DNA of 63,613 nucleotides, the filler included, from Octopus bimaculoides (lineage: Eukaryota), in NCBI RefSeq assembly GCF_001194135.2. It is 8 parts of 8 records of this genome, joined end to end, with 100 filler letters (N's around TTAATTAATTAA, not from the genome) between each part and the next. Parts side by side here need not be neighbours in the genome. Positions count along the whole stretch, not along the records: positions 24,932 to 54,706 come from NC_069002.1; 7 more parts are not named here. The stretch is one strand, 5' to 3'. Both the position numbers and the translations under genes were made by a program. This document shows positions 38,798-50,339 of this stretch, piece after piece. Below the pieces are notes generated by a model that was not told where the DNA came from, did no database searches, and saw nothing but the letters and a program-made list of their open reading frames with translations. The stretch's first letter is position 1. Each line of letters begins with the position of its first letter.

Positions 38798-38877
38798 GGT
38801 AATACTTTGATGTATCTACTACACAGAATCACATGCAATCAGTTCAGCAGTAGTGGCCATCATTTATGCTGGTTGCG
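38798..38877 (+). CDS. Exon 4 of the plus-strand orphan gene (phase 0 to 2)
   Basis: Polypyrimidine acceptor, strong donor GCG|gtgagt; only open frame GNTLMYLLHRITCNQFSSSGHHLCWL. Confidence 0.55.
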
Positions 38878-40069
38878 GTGAGTGAGTGAGTAACTGATTG
38901 CAATGAAATATGTTATCGATGTTAATTCATGCACATATGTTATATGATGTTCAAATTTACAGAAATAGACACACACACACATGCACACACGAACACATGC
39001 ATACTAAGAAGTACATACAGACCCATATCTATACATCCATATATAAACTTGTATATATATGTGTGTATATACATGCATATATACTTGTATAAATATGCGT
39101 ATATACATGCATATATACTTGTATAAATATGTGTGTATATACATGCATATATATACGTATATATATGTGTGTACATACATGCATATATATACGTATATGT
39201 ATGTGTGTATTTATATATATATATGCATTTATATATAATTTTATATACAACGATCGCCCATGTCCAATTTAAATAGATATATTCTGTAAATAATAATAAT
39301 AGTATTTTATAAGTTAATGGCGATCACCTCGCAACGACTAAAGAAAATAGTCTAATAATGGGGCATATAAGGCCTCGATAGAAAAAAACGCAGGTTTTCC
39401 CGTACGCGTGTGACTAGAAACTACACCTCTTTGTTTACGCGACCAACTGAGCTACCAACTACTCCAATACATCAGTCTACTTCTTTCTGTGAGATTCAAG
39501 AACTATAATTAGCTCGTAGTTGTTTTTGTAAACAAACCATGTGCTTTTAATATTAATTACATGGTAGCGGGTGTAAAAACTTTTTTATTGATAGCTCCAG
39601 TTAATACAGGTATAAGATAAGAATTAATGGGTATGATAAGACACCAAAATATAATTAAATGTAATAAAAAATAACATACCTTCATATTTTATAATATATA
39701 TACCATACCTTTATTAAATTTTATTACATTGAATTATATTACATTATACGATTTCTAAATACCTTTTTTTTAATTCCTATATTTGCATATTCACTATCTA
39801 CCAATTCCATTTTTTATTATCATCCAAAATTTTTACTATAATGCTTTTTGTTTACATTATAATCCTTCTTTTAGTGTTATCCATTTGTTTCGTATCATTT
39901 TTTTATTGTATGCTTTTTTATTGCATACTTCATTATTTAATTAATTATCGATATGATGGCCATTCGTCTTGTTTTATACCCCCACCCCATCGAAGAATCT
40001 CAGACTTATTGTCTTGCTTTTAATGTCATTGGCTTTGAAGGGAGAATAAATGAGTCTGTCAAATAAGTA

Positions 40070-40100
<31 letters not shown>

Positions 40101-40645
40101 GAGTGCGAATCGAAATCGTGAGAAAAGAGACATTTTCGAAGGAGATGTGTATAAAATCAGATACTCTAATTTCGATTCACAAGAGAAATATATAAACATA
40201 CAATAAAATTATATTGCGTCTAAGACAATGTGATACCAAGTATTATGTAAAGTTGCTGCCATTGCTGCTATCACTAAGATAACAGCATGTGATTATTGCA
40301 TTGTCTTAAGTCGTATATAAATGAATAGATATTGATTGTTGTACTGTTAGATTTCGATCATTTTCTTCTTAACCAATTGGTAGCCATACGTTATTTTGAA
40401 TGATATATGCTTATTTAATTGCCTAAACGATCTCACTACTTGACAGAATTTGTCTACGATGGTAACTACCTCTATTGAAACATTACTATAACATTATAGC
40501 ATTAACGATTGAAATCAGACATAACGATGCTGTTGTGCACTATATCCTCAATAAAATTGATAATCTATGTTATATTGGATTTTTGTGAACAATAATATCT
40601 CATTGGTTTTCAGTCACCAATTATGTATCTTTCGCTGGTTTACAG

Positions 40646-40733
40646 GAACTGGTATTGCAGCTACGATATTACGAGTGATTATTTGTGTAATGTGGGGCTA
40701 ATGGGGATTACGATTGAAAATAGGATGATTTAG
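40646..40733 (+). CDS. Duplicated/alternative terminal exon (NWYCSYDITSDYLCNVGLMGITIENRMI*)
   Basis: Phase-2 acceptor ggtttacag|g; CSY-x6-LCN-x-G motif shared with the 40881 exon. Confidence 0.35.
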
Positions 40734-40880
40734 GATAGAATTGGAAAAGATAATATATGAGAATTAGGAGCAAATGTAACATCTAGTTCACATAAGTTCT
40801 TATCAATTTTATTTAAATTAAAAACACAGAAAAAGTAGACATTCTTGTGCGTAGTAATATTATTTTTTTTTTTGTTCTAG

Positions 40881-41124
40881 GTTTGTTGATTACCAATCTG
40901 TGATTGACTGTAGCTACGGTGGGGAGATGGTTCATTTATGCAATACTGGTGGAATAAAGACCGCAAAGGATGAAATTCAAATGTATAATGATTCAGGGCA
41001 GGATGGGACAAGACAATATTTTAGAATTAAGGACAAATTTAACAAGTCGGTCACTGGAATTGTATTTTGTGCTGGAGGTTTTGCGAATGGTGAAGAAAGG
41101 ACTTTGAAAAACCGAAATGATTGA
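40881..41124 (+). CDS. Terminal exon of the plus-strand orphan gene
   Basis: Strong acceptor (T)n-gttctag, phase 2. Frame FVDYQSVIDCSYGGEMVHLCNTGGIKTAKDEIQMYNDSGQDGTRQYFRIKDKFNKSVTGIVFCAGGFANGEERTLKNRND*. Confidence 0.75.
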
Positions 41125-41424
41125 TAAACTGATTGATTGATTGAGTGACTGACAGAACGATTAATCAAATCATCAATTAGGTAGTTGGTTAATTTGTCAG
41201 ATAGTTAACCAATTAAAAAAATTACAAATTAAGTGAAACAGAACCATTATGTATGTGTTTACTATCGGCATTATTAACTTCCCGAAATACAATAGAATAT
41301 TATCCATTTTTTTTTTTTAAGCAAACACAGAAATAGAATTTTTTATTATCACATGTATGTTCCAGTACCTGATCTCTAAGGGAAATATAAATTTTTTAAG
41401 CATACAAAAATTACGAATTACGAT

Positions 41425-41494
41425 TCAGTGCCTGGAATCGAACTCGGAATCTTGGGGTTAGTAGCTGGCGCTCTTAACCACTACGCCATATGCC
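41425..41494 (-). mobile_element. tRNA-like SINE head (not a functional tRNA)
   Basis: GGCATATGGCGTAGTGGTTAAGAGCGCC...GAGTTCGATTCCAGGC contains A and B boxes, but the acceptor stem does not pair. Confidence 0.65.
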
Positions 41495-41887
41495 TGTAGG
41501 CCCCCAAGACACCAGATGAAGGCTGGACGGTGTATCGTGGTCGATTACACCGATCCGAGCACTTGACTGCTATTTTATTTTATCGATTCCGAAACGATGA
41601 AAAGGGAAGTTGACTCAGACTGGATTTGAACTCAGAATGTATAGATGTCGTTAAGTCTTTTCTCCACCGTCTTAACGATTCTTCAAGATTATCACCTTAG
41701 CTTCATTACTGGAGCATGGGAATTTCAGATATTAATCAGCTTCACAGAAAGCTACCCATTCTAAGCTGAAAAATTGTTTCTCTTATTCTATATTAATGAT
41801 ACTAACTTAGGCAACTTTCACTGCTGTATCCATAGTTTTTCAATTAATATAGCATGGAAAATATGAAGTTTTAACACGTTGACTCAC

Positions 41888-42012
41888 CTTAAACATTCTA
41901 CATGGAGTCATCGAAGTTATTCTCAGTTGAAGTTCTGTATTATATATGGGACTTGAAAGAATCCAATATCGAACTTCTAATAAAAGATATTTCATTAGAT
42001 TTGTTGCTGAAG
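41888..42012 (-). CDS. Upstream exon (phase 1 to 0), probably of the minus-strand gene
   Basis: Acceptor gtataattttag, strong donor AAG|gtgagt; only open frame SATNLMKYLLLEVRYWILSSPIYNTELQLRITSMTPCRMFK. Confidence 0.55.
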
Positions 42013-43048
42013 CTAAAATTATACAAACATCGCAAGGACATCAAAGAATTCTCGAATGATATTAAAGAAACTTGAAATATCTAAAGATCATGATCGATAC
42101 CAAATTATCTCTTCTTTAATAATGTTAGATAAATGATGCGAAACATATTGTTACTTGTAGAGTAACTACTGACGTTCTTGTTTCTGCTTAACTCTAAGCC
42201 AACCTTGACTGCAAAGAGCTATGAACAATGACATTCCAGCCGTGACCATCCTCTTTTAATGTGCGATGTACGACTGCATTATTATAGATGTCCCTTTCTT
42301 ATTGGAGACTATAGGATATAAATCTAGGAATATTTGGCTGCTATTTCAAGCAGGTATGGTAACTATCTTTACGTATGTTAGAAGTTACATTTTGGGTAGG
42401 GGTATGTGATGTTGTGTCTTCATGCCTTTCTGACAATGTTATATACGCTATCTCAACGAAAATAGAAGACAATTTGCAGCCTAGCTTTTTGAGGTGTTCG
42501 TTAATCGCAAGTTACGCATAATCAAGCATACATATGATTGGAGACGTTTCAGCCGTGACCATCCCAATTACAGTATGTATAGAGTACATGGTTTAATGAA
42601 TCTTTAAGACTGGTACTTATGCTATCGACCCCGAAAATCTGACAGCGCTTAAGACTTCAGTGAGTTTCGAACGCACAACATCAAGGAACATTATTACAGA
42701 TCAAAAAGTGTAAGTGGAAATATGTGTTGTTTCCAGCAGATTACGATTCGAAAACAGAAATTTACTGATACCTTATTAATTCTCAATATTCAATGACTAA
42801 ATTTACAGATGACTAAAAATATTTGAATCTGTTTCAAGAAAGAAACTTAGTTATGCAATCTATTTTATTCGACATAACGAACGAAATCTGCCAACTTTTA
42901 TCTTCTTTCAAGTATTCTAGACTTAGACCCATCAACAGAGTTTTACATAAATAACGCAATAAATAGATAGTTTTCCTGACCAAAATTCCGCCAGAGTTGG
43001 CGTTGCATTTCATTCTCTTGGAATCGATGAAAAACACACACACACACA

Positions 43049-43081
<33 letters not shown>

Positions 43082-43229
43082 AATTCCATCTCAAAAAATA
43101 TTAGATTCATGCCAAAATTTGGAACCCTTATTTTACTGATCAACCAACCGCATCAATCAACGACTCTGGAGCGAATATGAGTTGATTGCATGTACCATGT
43201 TGTCGCTAATTGTCTTAGGCGCCTATGTA

Positions 43230-43380
43230 TTCGCAAATAGATATGGATACTTTCATGGCGTCCCCACACTTGAGCTAGTTGTAGAACATTGACGATGTGA
43301 CAGCTGAATGGAGAGGAATGCAACCACCAACACAAGGCTAATACTGGGCAATGTAGAGCGAAAATATAGGAATTGCTACG
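43230..43380 (+). mobile_element. Possible very old CR1/L2-type RT C-terminal remnant
   Basis: RP/PTLELVVEH and MERNATTNTRLILG loosely match RPHLEY...LERVQRRATKLI.G. Confidence 0.35.
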
Positions 43381-45044
43381 TACAGAGCAGTGCAGGAATT
43401 AGATCCACCATTTTATGTCAAGGAACCATCAGCAAGATTAGAACCAAGGAAGTGAATGTGCGTATTAGTAATACAAATTATTTAATCAAATGTTTTACTG
43501 ATCTTTCCATCGTTTTTTTATCTTTAATACATTAATTAAATCGATATGAATGAAACTGAAACTTTAATTAACATTGCTTGTAATTATTCATTAGTGAAAT
43601 TGGAACCACTACATTATGATCGTCGAGGGATAAGGCAAAATTTGAACTAAGAACATGTAGGGTTGTTTGAAAGGTTCACAGACTGCCCAAGATACTCTCA
43701 TGGAATGTGACCAAATGAGGTTTATTTTTCAACATAGTCCCCATCACATCACATGCAATCGATTCACTTCTTCCAGTGGTGTTGTAGTGTTTAGGTCCCA
43801 TTGAAGATTACATCCTCTGTCAAAACGTTCATCAACAGCAGATAAAGGTATCATATGGAATACGAACTACTGATTCAGCCATCCACTCAAATTTCTTAAA
43901 CGTTAATTAAAACGATATCATGAAAACAGATTCTTTAATTAACATTGCTTGTTAAATAACAGACAGAGAGGCAGACACGGTACAACATTTTATTTACCAA
44001 ACCAATACATTAATAACTGAGTCAGCAGAAAGTTTCGGATAAAATCTAAAATAGAAGCCATATAACCAGAAAGGTATTCTTTAGATGAAATTGGCTTAAA
44101 ACACTTTAAAAAACGGTGAGATTTTCATCAGTTTATAGTCGCGTTTTAGCTTTTCTTTCCAGTGTTATGAGCAAACCGAGGAAGATATAACGAATAGACT
44201 GCTTGATGGTTATCAAAAATGTTATTTATGTATCTGTACGTTTTTCTTTTCAATTGTCAGTTCAAAAATATCAATCTTCAATTTAATGTGTTTTTTTGCT
44301 CTTCTAATAACAAACTCTAAATAAAACAACGTGTTTTGAGAGTTGTTTTTGTTGTTTCTTTTTTAAATATTATTTCCAGAACTGCCATCTTGACTTTGGA
44401 TAATTATAATATTTTTTTCTTTTTTTTTTCTTTTGGTATGTACCTGTGTGTTTGTGTGTGTGTGTATTTGCATGTAATTTGTATACATACAGATACGTAC
44501 ATATATCATTTCTATGTGAATGCGTGAAGGTGACATAATGTCTGATTACGAAGATAGCAAAACTGATCTCGGTAGATGAGCTACAACGAAATGATGTAAG
44601 TCCTCCGGGTAACGCACACACTCTCACATGTATGTATATATAGAGAGAGATCTAGACATACATACACACACTGTATAGAAATATTCACAGGCATTCATTG
44701 GCACATATATGTGTGTGTGTGTGTGTGTTTCAAATGTATGTGTACGTATGTATGTGTATGCGCTCCTATATATATATGCGCTTGGATAAAAAAGGATTTA
44801 AAAAGAAATGTATAAAATAAAATCCAAACTAATATAAGAGATCTAAAGTTCTGCATAAGTGGAAAGTAATATTCAAATTTGCAATAAATCTAAAAACATC
44901 TCTTTACTTTCTGATTTCAAATCACGCGAGCAACAACTTTATTGTTCATCCGTCCAGAACCAAAATAAAATTTAAATGAATAATGTAATACAATACCACT
45001 TATGTACTAGTGTAGATTTAACCCTTAACCACGGACGTCATTTG

Positions 45045-45082
<38 letters not shown>

Positions 45083-45502
45083 AATGGAGAAAGCACCCCC
45101 GTTCCCCACTGGACATAACGACGGTCCGTAGCAGACTAACCAATTTTTGCCAGCTGAGTGGACTGGAGAAACGTGAAACAACCACTACAACCCAATCACT
45201 ACGCAACGAGCCTCCACCTTAAACAGACATAAGTTGATTACATTGTCTAATTAATATGTAAATATATAATTCGAAGTCTTGTCTAATTGCCTTTAATTTA
45301 ATAATTGTTATATTTATTTTATTCAAATATACATTATCTCGACGTATGAGTTCTACGCAGACTGAAAACTTGTGTCACCCTTTCAGCATCTAATTAATAT
45401 ATAGTCATATAGTTGATTACATTGTGTACTACTTAATATGTAAATTAATAATTCATTGTTTTGTCTAATTACCATGAAATTATATAATTGTTGTACGCGC
45501 GC

Positions 45503-45533
<31 letters not shown>

Positions 45534-46623
45534 TGTGGGTGGGTTTGCGTGTATGTGTGTATGTTATTGTGTATGTCTAGTGTATGGTGCACGTGTATAT
45601 ACGCCTTCAATTATAGTCGTGTGTACATAACGGAATGTCCTCGAAGGTCGTAGGAGTAGCAGAGTAGCAGTAGGGATCGTGTGTGAATGTGTATATAATT
45701 GTATTTCATGCATGCTTGTATTTTTGTATATCTCTCTCCCTCTATATCTTGATAGACACATATACATACATACATACATATGATATATACATTATCTACA
45801 GATATATGTATATATGTGTGTATATTATCGGCATGCCAATAGTGCGACTCTGAAGGATTGTCTCGTCTAATTACCACTTAATTATATAATTAGTTAAATT
45901 GCCTAATTAAAATTAGTATGCAGTGTCTCAGCAACAGTGTTTCTGAAGGACAGCGCTAAAATCACACCTTCCCGACTATAACCGTGTTTTAACTAAACGT
46001 ATAAGTGTAAACTCTACATAAAACATCGTTACATTGTCAGATAATCGTTTTTAATTTCACTAACCCGAATATTTAACTGGTACACATTTTTTTTTATATA
46101 GCATTCATATTATGAATTTGTGTTGCAAGATAACTGATGCGAAACCGTCTGTTAAAACATAATTTCTTAATTTATCTCATGAATCTAAAACTCTCCAAAT
46201 TTAAGGAAAAGAACGGGCTCATCCTCCAGAGATAATGGGGCAGTCGCGGACTCGAGAGTGTCTCAATAGCCGCCTTTAGTACAATGTTATATGGGATGTG
46301 ATATACATGTATTTGTCAATGTGCAAATACATGCCCCTGTCCACTTCGAGCTTTTGTCTTTATTTCATTTTTGTTTAAATAATGTGTTCACCTCTTTAGT
46401 ATAGGGCTAAGTCCTTTGGCTTTCGTATATGGAGTCGGAAAATTGCCATGCTGTTGATGGTTACCGACTCACAAACACGTGTACGATTGTGTTCTTATCT
46501 CCAGACAAAAGGTTGCCTCTTTCTTATATGACATGTCAACTTTGGAGAAATTATTCAACTTTGAAATAATTTCCCTTTCTCAAATGTAAATAGTCTAAAT
46601 TATCATTTGGTAACTATATTATG

Positions 46624-46945
46624 TGAAGGCGCGTGACATCGTGGTTAGGGTAATCGGATTATGGTCGTAGGGTCCTGAGTTCGACCCCGGCAGCTCATTG
46701 GTGTCCTTGAGCAACACTATTTCACCTTGCTCCAGTCCACTCAGTCGGCAAAAATGAGTTGTACCTGTAATTCAAAGGGCCAGCCTTGTCAAATTGTGAG
46801 TCACGTTGAATCTCCCTGAGAACTATATTAAGGGTACACGTGACTGTGGAGTACTCAGTCACTTGCACGTTAATTTCACGAGCAAGCTGACCCGTTGATC
46901 GGATCAACTGGAACCCTGGTCGTCGTAGCCGATGGAGCGCCAGTA
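46624..46945 (+). mobile_element. Full-length SINE family D
   Basis: tRNA-like head (GTGGTTAGG...GAGTTCGACCCC), GTGTCCTTGAGCAA domain, and a tail shared with 13680-13985 and 22195-22390. Confidence 0.85.
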
Positions 46946-46974
46946 CGAATCATGATGTCAAAATTGTTAGAACC

Positions 46975-47160
46975 TCAGACCAAAAAGCTTTGCTGTATTC
47001 CTTCCAAATCAACATTTCGCGTTCAAATTCCTCCTCGTATGTCTTTAACTTTCATCCTTTCGGAATATCGATAAAATATGTACCAGTTAAGCACAAGAAC
47101 CAATGTACTTGACTTAACTTCTTCCTTTACAATTACTGGCTTTGTGCCAAAATTGCAAAG
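46975..47160 (+). mobile_element. Diverged SINE family C
   Basis: GTTCAAATTCC...CTTTCATCCTTTCGG..TCGATAAAAT..GTACCAG. Confidence 0.6.
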
Positions 47161-48299
47161 AATTACGATATATCTTCTAAAGGCGGAGATAACTTTTTAT
47201 AAATCAATCATTTATGTCGTATGGTTTGTAATATACTTGTATTTGTTTTAAGTTATTCAGGTCGACCTTCAGATGTTTATGGCACTCCCCACCACCATGC
47301 CCACTATGATTATAATAGAAATTACTTCTTCTTAGGAAGTTTTCAATCTGTTTTTTAATTTATTACTATTACTTGTGTATTTATATATCGTCTGGCAAGT
47401 ATCCATTACCTATCGTTTTTTTCGTATTTTCTAGTGATTTGTTTCGTCATTTTATTTTTTTTTTGGGGGGGGGTTGTTATGTCTGATTGTAAAGTTTACC
47501 ATTCCGGTGTATTTATATTTATATTTTATTTTTATATTATTAATGTTTTGTTTTGTTATTCAGATAAAATCTTGGGTATTTTTGATTTCATGATTTAAAT
47601 AGATTTTTTTTTTTTCAGGATTTTGCNNNNNNNNNNNNNNNNNNNNNNNNNNNNNNNNNNNNNNNNNNNNNNNNNNNNNNNNNNNNNNNNNNNNNNNNNN
47701 NNNNNNNNNNNNNNNNNNNNNNNNNNNNNNNNNNNNNNNNNNNNNNNNNNNNNNNNNNNNNNNNNNNNNNNNNNNNNNNNNNNNNNNNNNNNNNNNNNNN
47801 NNNNNNNNNNNNNNNNNNNNNNNNNNNNNNAGAGAGGGAGAGACAATCAACAGAGCATTTATTTTTTTACAATGTCATTAGTGGTCTTCGTGAAGTGAAA
47901 AAACATATTTCAACCATGTACTGAAACCGCGTGCATCGTCGCGGCTTCTCCTTTCGCTTCGTAATACTCTCTCACATACCAACACTAGAAGCGTGTATAA
48001 TGTGAGGAAGGTTCTATACATGAGCAATATTAAAACAAACAGTTTCCGGTTATTAATTATCAGAAGCCCATTCAATATATTCAAGAATGGAATGAATGAC
48101 AACTTTATCTAATTTACCATAATAATGTGTTCTTTGTATTTATTCGTGTTTATAAGAATTCGATATCATTTGCTAGGAACACGGATTTAGGACCTAAAGG
48201 TTTTTACAGTACTGAGGGTCTTTTTGTAATAACTATGCTTCTTCCCAAAAACATTAGCGGCAAACTGAATTGAAACTGCAACAAACATCTATAATTCAT

Positions 48300-48510
48300 G
48301 CCGTACTTAGAAGTACTTAGAAGAGACTTAGAGTCTCTTACAAGGACCATCGTACAAATGAATGGTTGTTACAACAAGTAGGTAAAAGACGGCAACTTCT
48401 GAACACAGTGAAAAAACAAAAGCTCACCCATTGTGACCAAATTTGAAGCGGCAGAAGCATGGAAAACATTATGATGGAAAGAATAGTAGGGAACAGTAGA
48501 TCAAGAAAGG
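48300..48510 (+). mobile_element. RTE-clade LINE RT C-terminal fragment followed by a SINE C head (48510-48610)
   Basis: LRVSYKDHRTNEWLLQQVGKRRQLLNTVKKQKL...SMENIMMERIVGNSRSR matches RTE ILRISW.D..TNE.VL...R.LL....RKL... Confidence 0.7.
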
Positions 48511-48843
48511 CGGTGAGCTGGCAGAAATGATAGCACGCCCGGCGGTATTTCGTCTCTCTTTACGTTCTGAGTTCAAATTCCGCCGAGGTCGATTTTGCCT
48601 CTTATTCTTTCTGTTATTATTCTTTTGGCCGATGGGGGTGTTTGGCTATACGCTGAAGAATGTGAACCAATTTTGAAGGTGATTTGTGGAAATATGAGGA
48701 AGATGTGCTGGTTACATTTAACAGGCTAAACAGACGCGTTGTTGGCCCATTTCGCTGGATTGGAATAGCATAAAACGCTGGGTTATACTATGACTGTTTC
48801 TAGGGTTTAAAAAATGAGGGTAAGGAAAATCTCAACTTCTAAA

Positions 48844-49100
48844 CAAGGGGATCCCATCCACCGGGCCACAGGTCAGTACCGGGCCACACAGAAAGAATAA
48901 TTTTTTTTAAATTATATTTCTATTTCATTGAATGTCGCACTCTGCAAGGCTTTTTGTGCATTATATTTGTATTATATATGTAATGTTTAAATTGTATATC
49001 ATGCGCCTTATTTTGCTATGCGAGTAATGAACCGATCTGACGAAAATTGTCTTGCAGGAGACCGGTCTGTGATGCAAAAAAAAGTTTGGTAACGCTGCTC
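48844..49100. mobile_element. hAT/Charlie-type (MER1-like) MITE, degenerate
   Basis: Left end ..ACCGGGCCACAGGTCAGTACCGGGCCACACAG.. and right end ..ACCGGTCTGTGATGCAAAAAAAGTTTGGTAACGCTG resemble MER1-type subterminal motifs. Confidence 0.5.
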
Positions 49101-49783
49101 CAAACCTTGTTCGTAGGTTTTGTGTCACAACAAAAGGAAACGTTTTTGAAAGACTTCGTTTTTTGAAGTATGCAGCATTGAACACGTCATTTATACAGTC
49201 GTGTACTTAAGACATATTCCAACAAATTTTCTTAAAGAAATTTTCTAAAGTTTTCCTGAATCACACTGCAGCAGGTCCATACATAGCAAATTCATCACCA
49301 TATTGCTTCAAGAAAAAACACAAATTCAGCAAACATCTGAGGTTTTTTTTTAAACTAAATTAAAAAGAAATAAAATATATAAAAACAAAGCTAAAATAAA
49401 TATTTTACTGATTCCACTCACATCTTATTCAAATTCCAAGATTATATCATTTTGCTCAGAGGCACTTATAGGGAAATTTACAGATGTTATTACCAAGAGT
49501 ATGGTACAAGATAATTAAGAAATCTTGTCTTCAGAGGACGAGACATCGATAATCATAAAGATTTTATCTTGCCCTGGGCTAACTGTTTCATTTGATGTTC
49601 TTCCGTTTCTGCTCTTCCAGTATTTTTTTTTTCAATAATTATAATTACTTTTTCTCTCATTAGAAAATACATTAAATGTCACAATTATTTACACTTGATG
49701 CTATTATGGCATTTGGTCACGTTCTTTACATGCTAAGTTCAGATATGTCCGCTGTTGACTGAACCTTTTAGCTTTTACATGCC

Positions 49784-50300
49784 GATGAAATCAGAAGCTA
49801 TCAAATTGGAAGTTCGAATAAATATATTTATTACATTTCCGTCTGACCTCTGATTTTGAGCCCATTTGTTATATTAATACAAGCCTCCACATTTTGAAAG
49901 TCGGGCAAGTGTTTTAAATCGACCCTGGTATAAGAAACAGAGGCGGTGTGTCGACAGAATCGTTATACCCATGAAATCAGGAGTAGTCAAATTGAAGGTT
50001 CGGATACATATATTTATTACGCATCAGTTTGATTTCCTGTTTCGAGCCCATTTCTTAAATTGGCACGAGCCTCCATATTTTTTAAGTGGGATTGAGTCTT
50101 TTAAACCGACCCTAGTATAAGAAACAAAAGTGACGTGTCGACGGAATCGTTATACCAACAAAATCAGAAGTAACAAATTGATTGTATGAATAAATATATT
50201 TATTACGCATCCGTTTGATCTCTAGTTTTGACCCCATCACTTATATTGACACAAGCCTCCATATTTTTGTGTGGAGTTGAGTCTCTTAAACATCTACCCC
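49784..50300 (+). repeat. Diverged tandem repeat, ~186-187 bp period, ~2.7 units
   Basis: TATTTATTAC at 49825, 50011 and 50197; GAATCGTTATACC at 49957 and 50144. Confidence 0.85.
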
Positions 50301-50339
50301 AGCCGATCAGGGTAGATAAAGCACTTCGGCTCTGTAGCT

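Noticed and set aside
41425-41494. tRNA gene
   Set aside because: A and B boxes are present but there is no acceptor-stem pairing; treated as a SINE head.
44540-44602. Strong plus donor gtaagt with an upstream ATG
   Set aside because: The ATG frame stops before the donor, the other frames also hit stops shortly upstream, and no acceptor was found.
47878-48102. Minus ORF with signal-peptide-like MYRTFLTLYTLLVL|gtatgt
   Set aside because: No phase-compatible next exon could be identified, and hydrophobic runs are common in AT-rich DNA.
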